Positions 10,816-21,868 of a stretch of 34,784 nt of DNA are shown here, in pieces. Positions within the stretch are counted from its first letter, which is position 1. Each line of letters starts with the position of its first letter. Position numbers and translations under genes: made by a program. The notes under the pieces are model-generated. The model saw nothing but the letters and a program-made list of their open reading frames with translations. It was not told where the DNA came from and searched no databases. This DNA is from Nemertoderma westbladi (lineage: Eukaryota; Animalia; Xenacoelomorpha): contig JAUCBJ010001129.1 of assembly GCA_032718475.1 (NCBI GenBank), positions 1 to 34,784 on the forward strand, written 5' to 3'.

Positions 10816-13509
10816 GTTCCTTTACGCAGAAATCGAAATGAACGGTGAGAATAGACATATAGCCATGTTAGATACTGGTTCTGAACTGAATTTAATTTCA
10901 AAACAATTAGTTGATGATTTATGTTTAGATATTCTATCACGTAGCATATGTTTTTACACGGCGTCCGGGGATGTTGTGAAATCGACGGGTTTAGTTAGAA
11001 TCACGGCAAAATGGAACGGCTTCAAGGAAGTGTTAGACTTTCATATACTCAAGGATCCACCATTCGAGTTAATATTAGGAATTAAGGCAATTCAGGCCTT
11101 CCCTACTATTTTGGGGAACCCAGTGGTAGCAGCCGTTAATATAATTTCACGAGAAGAGTTTGTGAAACTTTTTCGATGGCCAACGGATTGGAAACCAAAT
11201 GATTTGGAACAAATACAAGAATTGGTTTGGAGTTTCCGAGAAATATTCAGCCATTCCAAGTATGATATCGGAAGAATGAAATCATTCACTCATGATATAG
11301 AAACGTCTGGGACACCTGTGTTCAAACGTCAATACAAGAATGCTCAAGTGGACAAAGAAGTAATACACAGGTTAGTGACTGAAAAAATGATATTATAGCA
11401 CCGGCACTTTCACCTTGGAATTCACCTTATTTGTTAGTTGATAAACCGGATGGTACAAAACGGTTTTGCATTGATTTCAGAGGATTAAATAAAGTGACGA
11501 TTGATAATAAATTCCCCATGCCACTTATCGATGAACTTTTAGATCGATTATACAATAAAAAGATATTTTCCAGTTTAGATTTGACAAGTGGTTATTGGCA
11601 GGTGCCTTTAACGGAAACGAGCAAACCGAAAACGGCGTTTCAAGCAGACCATAAACAATGGCAGTTTAATGTCATGCCTTTTGGACTGAAAAATGCATCT
11701 TCCGAATTTCAAAAAGATATGCAGACAATACTAAATGATATAGATGTGTTTCCATACGTCGATGACGTCATTCCTGCCTCCGAAACGATACAGGAGCACT
11801 ACGAAGTTTTGAAGGCAATTTTCACACAATTCCGAAATGAAGGGATAAAATTAAAGCCGGCCAAATGTGCTTTTGGATTAACACGGATACCATATCTCGG
11901 ATTTATTATTGAAAACGGACAAGTTAAACCTGATCCAGAAAAAGTCAAATGCATACAAGATTTCCCCACACCAGCCAATACCAAAGAACTACAATCATTT
12001 CTTGGTTTGATTAATTTTTATTCTCGATTTGCTCGACATTTATCTAAAGAGGCTGGTCCGTTGTATGAGCTAACATCACGACCTAAGTCAAAGTTTAAAT
12101 GGTTAGAGGTTCACTCGAAAGCTTTTGATAACGTCAAAAGTTTATTTACAGAAGCAATATTGGTATACATTCCTGATTTAACGAAACCATATATAGTTCG
12201 AGTCGACGCAAGCGATCGGGCTGTTGGTGCGGTTCTTAGTCAAAACTTAAAATCTGACGAACTCCCAATATATTTTGCAAGTAGAACATTGCATGGATCA
12301 GAGCTAAATTGGTCTACGACTGACAAAGAATTTTACAGTTTATATTGGGCCATACGAAAGTTCCAAACGTATCTCAAGGGTCATGACGTGACTGTGTTTA
12401 CGGACCACAAGCCTCTGATTGGACTATTGGAAAGGAAAGTTGGCAACAATGCACGACAGTGCCGTTGGTTAGATTATTTACAGGATTTTAACATAGACAT
12501 TAAATATGTACGAGGAGCAGAAAACGTTGTAGCGGATACACTATCTCGGATGCCACCTGGGAATTTTCCAAATATAAACGCCGCCCCATTTGTGCCAAAT
12601 TCGGCATGTGCCCTAAAAACATTATCAGATAAAGATGCTGAGTTGGTAGCAAAGAAATACCATGAAGCTGGACATTTCTCAATGAACAAAACACGGAAAT
12701 CAATATTGAATGACGGCTTATGGTTCCCCAAAATGCGAGCAGTACTCCGATCAATACAGGACAATTGCGTGGATTGCCGAACAAATAAATCATACACAAA
12801 AAGGGCACCAACGGGAGAACTCCCAAACTTAAACTCATGTGCTGTTGGAGAAGTAGTCTCCTTAGATATAGTAGGGCCATTACCAACAACGCAGACGGGA
12901 TGTAGATATATATTGACGATGATTGATATGGCATCACGATACCTTGAAGCTGTGCCGCTGAAAACGATTACAGCTAACATTATCTCCGATGCATTTAAGA
13001 AAGGATGGGTATTTCGGCATGGGCCACCTCGGCGAATACATACAGATAACGGTTCGCAGTTTACATCTGCACTCTTTAATAACATTCTCAAAACTGTGTT
13101 TAATGATTACGAAATAACACACTCATATTCGACACCATATTATCCCCAAGGGAACGGTGTAGTGGAACGTGTACATCGCACATTAAAGGATCGAATCCGA
13201 TGTATGTCTGGAAGCTGGCAGAATAACTTACCAGAGGCCGTGTATAACATTAATCGCATGGTTCACGACAAACTTGATTGTTCACCATTCTTTGCTCTTT
13301 ATGGATACAATGTGCCCCCGGCGACCTACACCTCGATGTTAAAGGAAATTCCCTCAATTCTGGTAAATTTATCTCCTCCTGTACCGCCTCCTCAAAGAAC
13401 AACGTTAGGCCCCAAATTTTATGGGCCTCAACGTGTTATTTCTCAATTATCACCTCAGGTTGCGTTGTTGGAAGGGAACAGAGTTGTCAATATACATCAA
13501 TGTTCTTAA
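10751..13509 (+). CDS. pol: Pol polyprotein (protease, RT, RNase H, integrase) with one frameshift at about 11381-11388
   Basis: LDTGS, LILG (PR); SPWNSP, RFCIDFRGLN, LDLTSGYWQ, MPFGL, YVDD (RT); DAS..AVGAVL, TDHKPL (RH); H..GH..C..C, LDIVGP, TDNGSQF, NGVVER, KFYGP (IN). Confidence 0.93.
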
Positions 13510-13550
13510 TGAGACAAGTGGATATGCTTTGTCTGACTTTATAGTTATGT

Positions 13551-13565
13551 TTTAAGGGTGGAGTA
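13551..13565 (+). promoter_or_regulatory. Polypurine tract
   Basis: tttAAGGGTGGAGta immediately before the 3' LTR. Confidence 0.75.
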
Positions 13566-13838
13566 TGTGAAGAGTATAATCATTAAAAGGGAGATACCAG
13601 CTGCTACCTCTGATCAGATTCAATTAACCTTTCCGTCGCCTATACCTAATCCAATATTGTCTCCACTGGGAGATATCAGCTGTGACCTTTGGACTTATTT
13701 TGGTGATATTGCTTTGGCTATATATTACTGGTGTGGGGAGAATTAAGAGAGATAATTTTGATTGTATTAAATTTGTTTGAATAATTAAATAAACGAAAAA
13801 GGTTTTGTATATTTCATTGTCTTTTTATTAGTTTAACA
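13566..13838 (+). repeat. 3' LTR
   Basis: Direct repeat of 9821-10093. Confidence 0.96.
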
Positions 13839-15574
13839 GTACTGTATAACTTAAGGTAATTGTGATAGGGAAAATACAGCGAGTTAGTTGTAAGCTGTCA
13901 ATCTAAAGTACAAATATAGGGTTGCAGGTTGGGTTATAAGGTTGGGAGAAGTTGATAGGGAAATCCCAGGAATGGTCATGTGTCTACATACTGCATGGTA
14001 TAATTGGATTAGGTAGGTTACATAGGATTATGAGGTATCTACTTAAAGCGCACGGTTAGGTAGAATGCAACATAATGATAGCTGTAATTTTACAGAGTAA
14101 GAAATCACAAGAAACAGAAAAAACCAAGACAAAAACAAAAAGGAAGGTAGGGGAAAAACACATAGAGACCGGAAATTCGCTATAAGGGCACTGTAGTTGT
14201 GTAAGATATAGAATATAGGGTGTATTATATAAAACATTGGGTTTAGATTGCTGGTCTTGCTACGTTAAGTGGGGGGTTGTATGTATAGATTAGGTTAGCT
14301 TCCGTCGCTAGTAGTTCGGGTATGTTTGTGAATTGTTTTATGGTTGCGGTGCGTAGATTTTCTAAACCACAACCGTATATGTGCCTAGCTAGGAGTATGT
14401 CTTCGTGTGTTTTTCCGTCATTGGCTCGTGGGGGGTAGTGTCGTATGTTGTTGCGGTGTCCATTAAAGCGTTCGTGAAGTTTCTGTCTCGTTTGGCCTAT
14501 GTAGTATAGAGTAGGGTGGCAGTGGCACCAGGCCAAGTAACATACAGTGTGGGACTTACATGTATAGTGTCCTTTTATCTTTTCACCCCATGGTGTCTGT
14601 TGTATGTTAGTGATAGTTTTGCATGTAAGGCAGCGGCTAGAGTTACATGGCTCATTAGTGGTGTTATTTGTGTGTGTTTGCGATTGAGTTTTATTTTTGG
14701 TTAGTATTTGTCCTAGTGATGTGGGGTTCTTCGTGACTACATTAATGTTGATGTCAAGATCGTAGTTTTTGGAGTATCTACGTACAGTATTTTGGAATAT
14801 GCCCTTCATCTGTTGGTTAGTGGATAGGTACAATGTGGGTTTCGAGTTAGTGTCTTTAGGTCTAGTTTGGGGAGTCCAATGTCTAAGTTTGTTAAGGAGG
14901 TTCTGAGGGTACTGCCTGAGTAGACATTCGCCAAGGAATTCGTCTCTGAGTTTGGTATAGTCGTTAGACTCGCTACATCTGCGGTGGATGCGTAGGAGTT
15001 GGCTACGAATTACGGATAGTAGTAATTTCTTATCATGGAAGCTATTGTAGTGAATCGGGAGTTTATTGCTAGTTGGTTTTTTGTATAATGTAGTTGTTAG
15101 TGTTTCGTTGTTAATCTGTGTCAAGACGTCAAGGAATGGGAGTGATGTGTGGGAGTATTCAATGGTGAATTGTATATCAGAGTTTTGGAATAAGTCGTTA
15201 CAAGCGGAGTTAGTGATTTTCTGTATGTTGTGAATGTCCTGTTCACTTAATATACGTTGTACTATACCATAGCTGTCGTCAACAAACCGTTTGTAGAATG
15301 GAATAGGGTAAGTTGTATTATCGTCTGGGGGGGTTATGTTTGGATCCGAGGTTGAGGTAGTTTCGTTAGTTATGGTTATATTAGGATCTGAGATAGATAG
15401 GATAGTTTCTGGAATATTGATGTTGGAATCAGGAGGTGTAAGGTTAGATATTGGGGTCGTTATTATTGGATCTGAGAAAACGGGGTTAGGTGTAGTGTTT
15501 GGTGCTAGTTTAGTTTTATAAGTTACTGAGGTAGTTATATTATTACAGGCTGGGGTGGAAGGGGTAGGTTCTGG

Positions 15575-16345
15575 GGTAGTTATATTAGTTCCAGGGGTAA
15601 TTATGGTAGTTTCAGGAGTAGTTATGTTAGTTTTGTTAGTTTCAGGGGTATTTATGTTAGTACCACGGGTACTTATGGTAGTTTCAGGGGTAGTTATGTT
15701 AGTTACGTCAGTATCTGGGGTAGTTATGTTAGTTTCCTGGGTACTTATGGTAGTTTCAGGGGTAGTTATGTTAGTTTTGTTAGTTTCAGGGGTATTTATG
15801 TTAGTACCATGGGTACTTATGGTAGTTTCAGGGGTAGTTATGTTAGTTTCGTTAGTATCAGGGGTAGTTATGTTAGTTTCATGGGTACTTATGGTAGTTT
15901 CAGGGGTAGTTATGTTAGTTTCGTTAGTATCAGGGGTAGTTATGTTAGTTTCATGGGTACTTATGGTAGTTTCGGGGGTAGTTATGTTAGTTTCATGGGT
16001 ACTTATTGTAGTTTCAGGGGTAGTTATGTTAGTTCCAGGGGTAGTTCTGTTAGTTCCAGGGGTAGTTATGTTAGTTCCAGGGGTAGTTATGTTAGTTTCA
16101 GGTGTAGTTATGTTAGTTTCGTTAGTTTCAGGGGTATTTATGTTAGTACCATGGGTACTTATGGTAGTTTTAGGGGTAGTTATGTTAGTTTTAGGGGTAG
16201 TTATGTTAGTTGCAGGGGTAGTTCTGTTAATATCAGGAGTAGTTATGTTAGTTTCATGGGTAGTTAAGGTAGTTTTGGGGGTAGTTATGTTAGTTTCAGG
16301 GGTGGTTGTATTAGTTACATGGGTAGTTATGGTAGTTCTGTGAGT
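15575..16345 (-). repeat. Coding minisatellite, 21-nt core (ACTAACATAACTACCCCTGAA = TNITTPE) with 30-nt variants
   Basis: Directly visible tandem units; all length variants preserve the frame. Confidence 0.93.
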
Positions 16346-17499
16346 TTCAGGGGTGTTTTTGATAGATTTTAGGGGAGTTATACTAGGATTTTATCTGGTC
16401 TTGTTAGTAGTGTTGGGATCAGTGGTTGTTGAGCTCGGGTTGGTAGGGGTGGTTAGATCCAGATCGGGTGTGTTAGTATCCAGGTTAGTTGTGTTAGGGA
16501 GTCTGTTTGATACACTCGCGTTCAGGTAATTATTAATGGGGTTGTTCAGGATGTGGAGGAAGTGTATCTCTAATCTAGATATGGTTAGGCTAGCGTAGTT
16601 TTTCGAGAAACTGCTACCCATGGCTGCGCCTCGTAATTGAAGGTATAGTGTGTTGTCAAAAGTGAAGTAGTTATGTTCAAGTATAAATCGGACGAGTAGT
16701 ATAAAGTTATCTAATGAAATGAGTGTTTGTTGTGTGAAGTGGGTGTCCTCGGAGAGTGCTTGTCGTAGTGCCCTACATCCTACATCATGGGTAATGTTAG
16801 TGTACATGTCTACTACGTCCAGTGAAATCAGAGTGCAGTCGGGTCCAATATCTCTAGGGAGGGCTGATAGGAAGTCGTCTGTGCCTTTCAAGTTAGACTC
16901 CAGGCGAGTGACCGCGGGTTCTAGAAGGTCGTTAGCAAAGCGGGAAAGTGGGTGTAGAAGCCCGGTGCAACTATAGGTCTGCCCTTAGGTAAGAGTCTAC
17001 CGTCGCCCCAGTTTATCCATGATTCCCTGTCCTTGTGGTCTTTAATAGTGCAGTAGAAGTACGCTATCTTAGGGTGTTTAGGTAGTAGTAGTGGGTGTAG
17101 TGTGTGTTTGATGTCGATATTACAGGTTTGTAGTAGTGCGTCAAGTTGTGTTCTGTATTTATTAGTAGGGTCTTTAGGTAATGTAGTATAGGTGTTAGGG
17201 TCTCTTAAAATACGTAAGCATTCATTTTAATAGTCATTGGTATCTAGGATTACAGTGTTACCAGATTTATCGCCCCTACAGATACGAATGTTAGTGTTGG
17301 ACTTGAGTGATTTGAGGACAGTTCGTTGTTGTTTCGTAAGGTTGTCCTGAGGTACATTTTTGGGGGAGACATTGGGTGTTCGGTCTACGTCACGGTGGAG
17401 TTCGGCGATGAGAGCTTCCACTATTTCGTCGTCGCTTTTCGGTGGTAGGGCTTGAGGGGGTGTTTTTAGAGATTTGTTGAGTTGTCTGATTAGTTTGTT

Positions 17500-18173
17500 G
17501 TTGGCGTCCTTTGAGTTGGTGTGTGCTCCTGGGTCGTTGGTGGTTGCTCCATTATTGTTAGTCTTCGTCCCTTGGGTGTTGGTGATCCCGTTTTGGTCGT
17601 TGGTTATCGTTCCTGAGTAGTTGGTGTTCACTTCCGGGTTGTTTCCCGCCCCTGTGTTGTTGGCTTTTGTCCATGGGTTGGTGTTCGCCCCTGGGTTGTT
17701 GTTCGCCCGTGGGTTGGTGTTTTCCCCTGGGTAGTTGGCGTTTTTTCTTGGGTTCGTGTTCGCTCCTTGTTTCCCTTTTGCCCATGGGTTGGCGTTCGTC
17801 TCTGGATGGTTGATATTTTCCCCTGGGTGGTTGGCGTTCCCCTCTTGTTTGGTGTTCGAACCTGGGTGGTTCGTGTTCGCCCACGGGTTGTTGTCGATCA
17901 CCCCTGGGTGGTTGGCGTTCCCCCCTGGTTTGGTGTTCCCCCCTGGGTGGTTGGTGTTTGTCCTTGGGTTGTTGGTGTTCGTCGGTGGGTTGGTGTTCGC
18001 CTCTGGGTTGTTAGTGTTCACCCCTGGGTGGTTGGCGTTCCCCCCTGGTTTGATTTTCGTCCCTGGGTGGTTGGTGTTCGCCCCTGAGTTGTTGGCGTTC
18101 GCCCATTGGTTGGTGTTTGTCAATGGGTTCTGGGTGTTCACCACTGGGTGGTTGGTGTTCTCCCCTGGGTGGT
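17500..18173 (-). repeat. Coding repeat of Asn/Pro/Gly/Thr-rich 6-7 aa units (ANTNHPG, GNANHPG) upstream of the RT
   Basis: ORF 17227-18144 translation; repeated ccctgggtggttgg on + strand. Confidence 0.9.
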
Positions 18174-18869
18174 CCCGAACTACTAGCGACGGAAGCTAAC
18201 CTAATCTATACATACAACCCCCCACTTAACGTAGCAAGACCAGCAATCTAAACCCAATGTTTTATATAATACACCCTATATTCTATATCTTACACAACTA
18301 CAGTGCCCTTATAGCGAATTTCCGGGGTTTTATGTGCTTTTCCCCTACCTTCCTTTTTGTTTTTGTCTTGGTTTTTTCTGTTTCTTGTGATTTCTTACTC
18401 TGTAAAATTACAGCTATCATTATGTTGCATTCTACCTAACCGTGCGCTTTAAGTAGATACCTCATAATCCTATGTAACCTACCTAATCCAATTATACCAT
18501 TCAGTATGTAGACACATGACCATTCCTGGGATTTCCCTATCAACTTCTCCCAACCTTGTAACCCAACCTGTAACCCTATATTTGTACTTTAGATTGACAA
18601 CATACAACTAACTCGCTGTACTTTCCCTATCACAATTACCTTACGTTATACAGTACATACATATACGTTAACCTTTCTGGGATTCACCTATCAGGTATTC
18701 CCCTTTAAAACTTATATATATATATATATAGACCCCCACCTTTTCCTGTTAGTTGCCAGTACATAGTCTGATGCAGACCGGTAGGTCGAAAACGTTTACT
18801 ATTGTATCTTTATCTAATATAATATAACCAGCTAAAGACCCTCAATACTTTATTTTTTTATCATCTTTA
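18174..18869 (+). repeat. Inverted pLTR (696 bp) of the Penelope-like element, carrying the empty Gypsy site
   Basis: Reverse complement of the element 3' end with scattered substitutions; single GTACT site at about 18652-18656. Confidence 0.93.
18763..18802 (+). ncRNA. Minimal type I hammerhead ribozyme-like motif in inverted pLTR
   Basis: Stem I ATAGT/ACTAT, core CTGATG(C)A, stem II GACC-ggta-GGTC, GAAA, palindromic stem III AACGTT, NUH = UUU. Confidence 0.7.
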
Positions 18870-19265
18870 TCTAACAATAAAGTATATAATATTTGGTTAT
18901 CTAACAAGAGTGAGATTGAATCTCTTTGACGTCACCTACTGTTGCACAATCGGTTACTCAACATAAATCTACCATATTGTTACTATTTCCCTGCCATTCA
19001 TGCCAAAGAGGAAGTTACATTCGACCCCAGAATTTAATATAAAACTTGGAAAACAAAAGTTAACTTAAGAACATATTTTATAGTTTCCATATTTAATGTT
19101 TATATAGATATTTGTTTAATATTTGTTATAACATTTAATTAAAAATAATACATATTTTATTTTTCTAGTGAAACATATGATGGGTCTACTACTCTACTGA
19201 CTACTTTGGCCCTTAAATAAAATTTTTTCTCATGAAGGCACCAAGGCACCTCCACATTTCAGCGC
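18870..19265 (+). repeat. Second copy of the upstream block
   Basis: Homologous to about 1350-1740 (gtgagattgaatctcttt...ccctgccattcatgccaaagagg...). Confidence 0.85.
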
Positions 19266-20385
19266 GCATAATATTTTTATTATTATTTTTAGTCATACAT
19301 GAGAGAATGTCCTGGCAGTACAGCACTACAGTAAAAGAGTAAATGTAACTGCACGATAATTAAGTATTATTATTTAGATGAACACACGTAATTAATTAAT
19401 CAATAATATATATATTATTATATATTGAACAGAGCCGAGGTCTCCAAGCTCCCGAGTTCTCGAGCCAACGAAGAGCCTTGGATTCTAGAGAGCCAGGGCT
19501 CAGGCACCCAAGCCCGAGAACCCGAGACTCTCTACCTGCCTCTAAGTATTTATAATTGTTACAAATATTTTTCACTACGTACCTTTTTCACTATGTATCA
19601 ACATTGATGTCTCTACTTAGTATATTGTATAATTCTCTAAGTTAGGACATTTTTATCCTTGACATATAATATTAACGGTATGGTTGTTTACGAATTACTT
19701 TTTAGCTACAAATGCGTATCATGAGTACCACCCTCCGAACCCACGTCCCACTAAACTGTAACGCAAATTACAACGGACCCGGCGGAACGTACAAGGAATG
19801 CCGGTCACTCTTCCCCATGCTGCACACCACATCACTGCTGAATCACGACTACAGCAAATCAATGCTTTTTTGGCCCTGGTTCTACATCTGTCCGCGACAA
19901 CGATGCTATTAACTTTATAGAAAACTGTTACAAAATTAGATCTATCCCCTTTCATCAAAAACATGACCGCATACTAGAATATTTCAATGTCAACTAAGTC
20001 TCGCTGTAAATCACCCAAACCACGATGGGGGTCCGATTACCACTTCACTGACAAGAACCACCATAACTACATGGACTACCCAGCATACCATATCCTAGCT
20101 GACAACCATTCACACATTGTTCCTCTACGTGTTCTGCACAGTAAAGTTGGTGCTACATTATATTACTATTTTATTGATCCGATGTTTTTATTGAACGTTG
20201 TACCTTAAAAACGTTAAAATAAAGACAATACTATATATAACAAAGGATGCTATCCTGATCTCAGTTTAGCCATAGTATATGGTACTGGTACAACTATGAA
20301 ATTATTTCAAGGAGACCTACTCTTAATAAATGTAAAAATGTAATCCCAGACAGCCGTGAGACCTTTGCCTTTTTAATACATTTTC

Positions 20386-20578
20386 GATAATTGTTGGATA
20401 GCCTCTGCAAAAATTGGATAACTGTTGGATAGCCTGTGCAAAGATTGGATAACTGTTGGATAGCCTGTGCAAAGATTGGATAACTGGTGGATAGCCTGTG
20501 CAAAAATTGGATAACTGTTGGATAGCCTGTACAAAAATTGGATAACTGTTGGATAGCCTGTACAAAAATTGGATAACT
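20386..20578. repeat. 31-bp minisatellite, 6 units plus partial
   Basis: GATAACTGTTGGATAGCCTGTGCAAAAATTG head to tail, no spacers. Confidence 0.95.
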
Positions 20579-20733
20579 TTTAATAACGGGTAACAACTGT
20601 CAGTAAATATTACTATCCTTATTTTTTATTATATTTGTTATCTTTTTAAATAGAAAAGTATTATTTTGTAACATATTTTCTCTCTCATTATTTCTTTCAA
20701 ATCGCCGAAGTCGTAGAATATTAGGGATTTTCT

Positions 20734-21190
20734 CCAATCGGTTACTCAACATAAATCTACCATACTGTTACTATTTCCCTGCCATTCATGCCAAAGAGGA
20801 AGTTACATTACATTTGGCCCCAGAATTTAATATAAAACTTGGCAAACAAACGTTCAACTATAACATATTTTATAGCTTCCGTGTTTATTGTTTATATTAC
20901 TTGTTGTATTTTGGTTGAAATATTTTGTTATAACATTTAAAAATAAAGTATTTTTATTTTATTAGTGAAACATATAATGGGTATACTAATGTACTGACTA
21001 CTTCGGCCCTTAAATCAAATCTGTTGTCCACAAGGCAGCTTTCACATTTCACCTTAAATATATCCATAACATCCACTTTTTATCGTCCAATCTCAGCATT
21101 GACATTTAATCACATAAATACCACAGAATTCACCCAATATAGTAAGTAATAAGATATGCTTTATTAGAAAGATGTCTATTCAACAGTTCA
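20734..21190 (+). repeat. Third copy of the upstream block
   Basis: Homologous to about 1426-1880. Confidence 0.85.
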
Positions 21191-21795
21191 TCTCTATATG
21201 TTACTACAAGTCAGCCATGGATATGTATGTATTTATTGACTATTAGTAGATTATATAGAGATTGTGAATAAATACGTAATAATAATTAATTAGTCCAAAG
21301 AAAATACAGCGTATGAAGTTGATCATATAAAAACAGGTAAATTGAGAATTAAGTAATAACAACGAAAGACAAAAGCAAAGCAAAAATCACCAAATTTTCA
21401 TTACCATCAGGACAAGACCCCTGTACCTCAACCACCCCGTTGTACTAATTGGCTAACTGATACAACTTACACGCCATACTGTCATTCATTGATTAATAAT
21501 TATTGTTAGATCGTAAATTGAAACAATTATTCACAAAAAGAGTGGCAGCCCTCGAAACAAACAGCAATGCTATTAAAATTCTGCTGTCAATGGTTGGTTA
21601 ATAATTAATATTATATCGTTAATAATAAGTATTATTGGATTATAGAGTTTGAGTTTATAATTTAAATATCTTTTATATATAATTTCACAATTTCTATTGA
21701 TTAAAAACGGTTTGCTGTTACTTCTAAGTTGAGTTGTAGGAGGAAGTTAAAATGTCGTGAGGATATTTAATCTGGAAGTGTTAGTCTCAATAACA

Positions 21796-21868
21796 ATGAA
21801 ATCATTACTGATATTACTGATACTAACTGATGTTATTTTGGGTTTAAAGTATAATGTATATAAACTAG
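21796..21868 (+). pseudogene. Truncated A-type first-exon fragment (signal peptide only)
   Basis: MKSLLILLILTDVILGLKYNVYKL plus about 65 bp of upstream sequence matching 2290-2352; homology then stops. Confidence 0.85.

Larger units (their letters stand above)
9821..13838 (+). mobile_element. Full-length Ty3/Gypsy LTR retrotransposon, 4018 bp
   Basis: 273-bp TG...CA LTRs (9821-10093, 13566-13838), TSD GTACT (9816-9820, 13839-13843), PBS, PPT, domain order gag-PR-RT-RNaseH-IN. Confidence 0.97.
14243..18173 (-). pseudogene. Penelope-like ORF: N-terminal repeats, RT with large insert, Cys linker, GIY-YIG endonuclease; two TAA stops and one frameshift
   Basis: GDKSGNTVILD, YTTLPKDPT, FYCTIKDHK, GRPIV, SLDVVDMYTNI, QLRGAAMGS, FYKRFVDD (about 15270-15298), LPFLDV, LYKKPT, CNSSRCLTC, VCY..C.C...YYIGQT..RFNGH..H..E..LN. 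Lesions: TAA 17229-17227, frameshift about 16970, TAA 16393-16391. Confidence 0.92.
9559..18869 (-). mobile_element. Penelope-like retroelement (Neptune-type, C-terminal GIY-YIG), 5'-truncated with inverted pLTR; interrupted by a Gypsy element
   Basis: RT + Cys-rich linker + GIY-YIG on - strand; 18174-18869 is the reverse complement of 14320-13839 joined to 9820-9603; candidate TSD TTTATCTAACAA at 9547-9558 and 18866-18877. Confidence 0.92.

Noticed and set aside
15555-16343. 262-aa Val/Met/Leu-rich ORF (and overlapping 15809-16267) resembling a membrane protein
   Set aside because: Antisense shadow of the 21-nt coding repeat in the Penelope ORF; no independent gene signals.
16391-17229. In-frame stops in the PLE ORF as selenocysteine/readthrough recoding (as in Naiad PLEs)
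   Set aside because: Both stops are TAA, not TGA, the endonuclease is C-terminal, and a frameshift is also present; simple decay is more likely.
17735-18199. Hydrophobic + strand ORFs (PGWLAF repeats)
   Set aside because: Antisense of the Asn/Pro/Gly repeat of the Penelope ORF.
19700-20150. C/A-rich stretch that may be an old retroelement fragment
   Set aside because: No recognisable motif in any frame.
20386-20578. Possible CRISPR array
   Set aside because: Units are contiguous without unique spacers; eukaryotic context; no cas genes.
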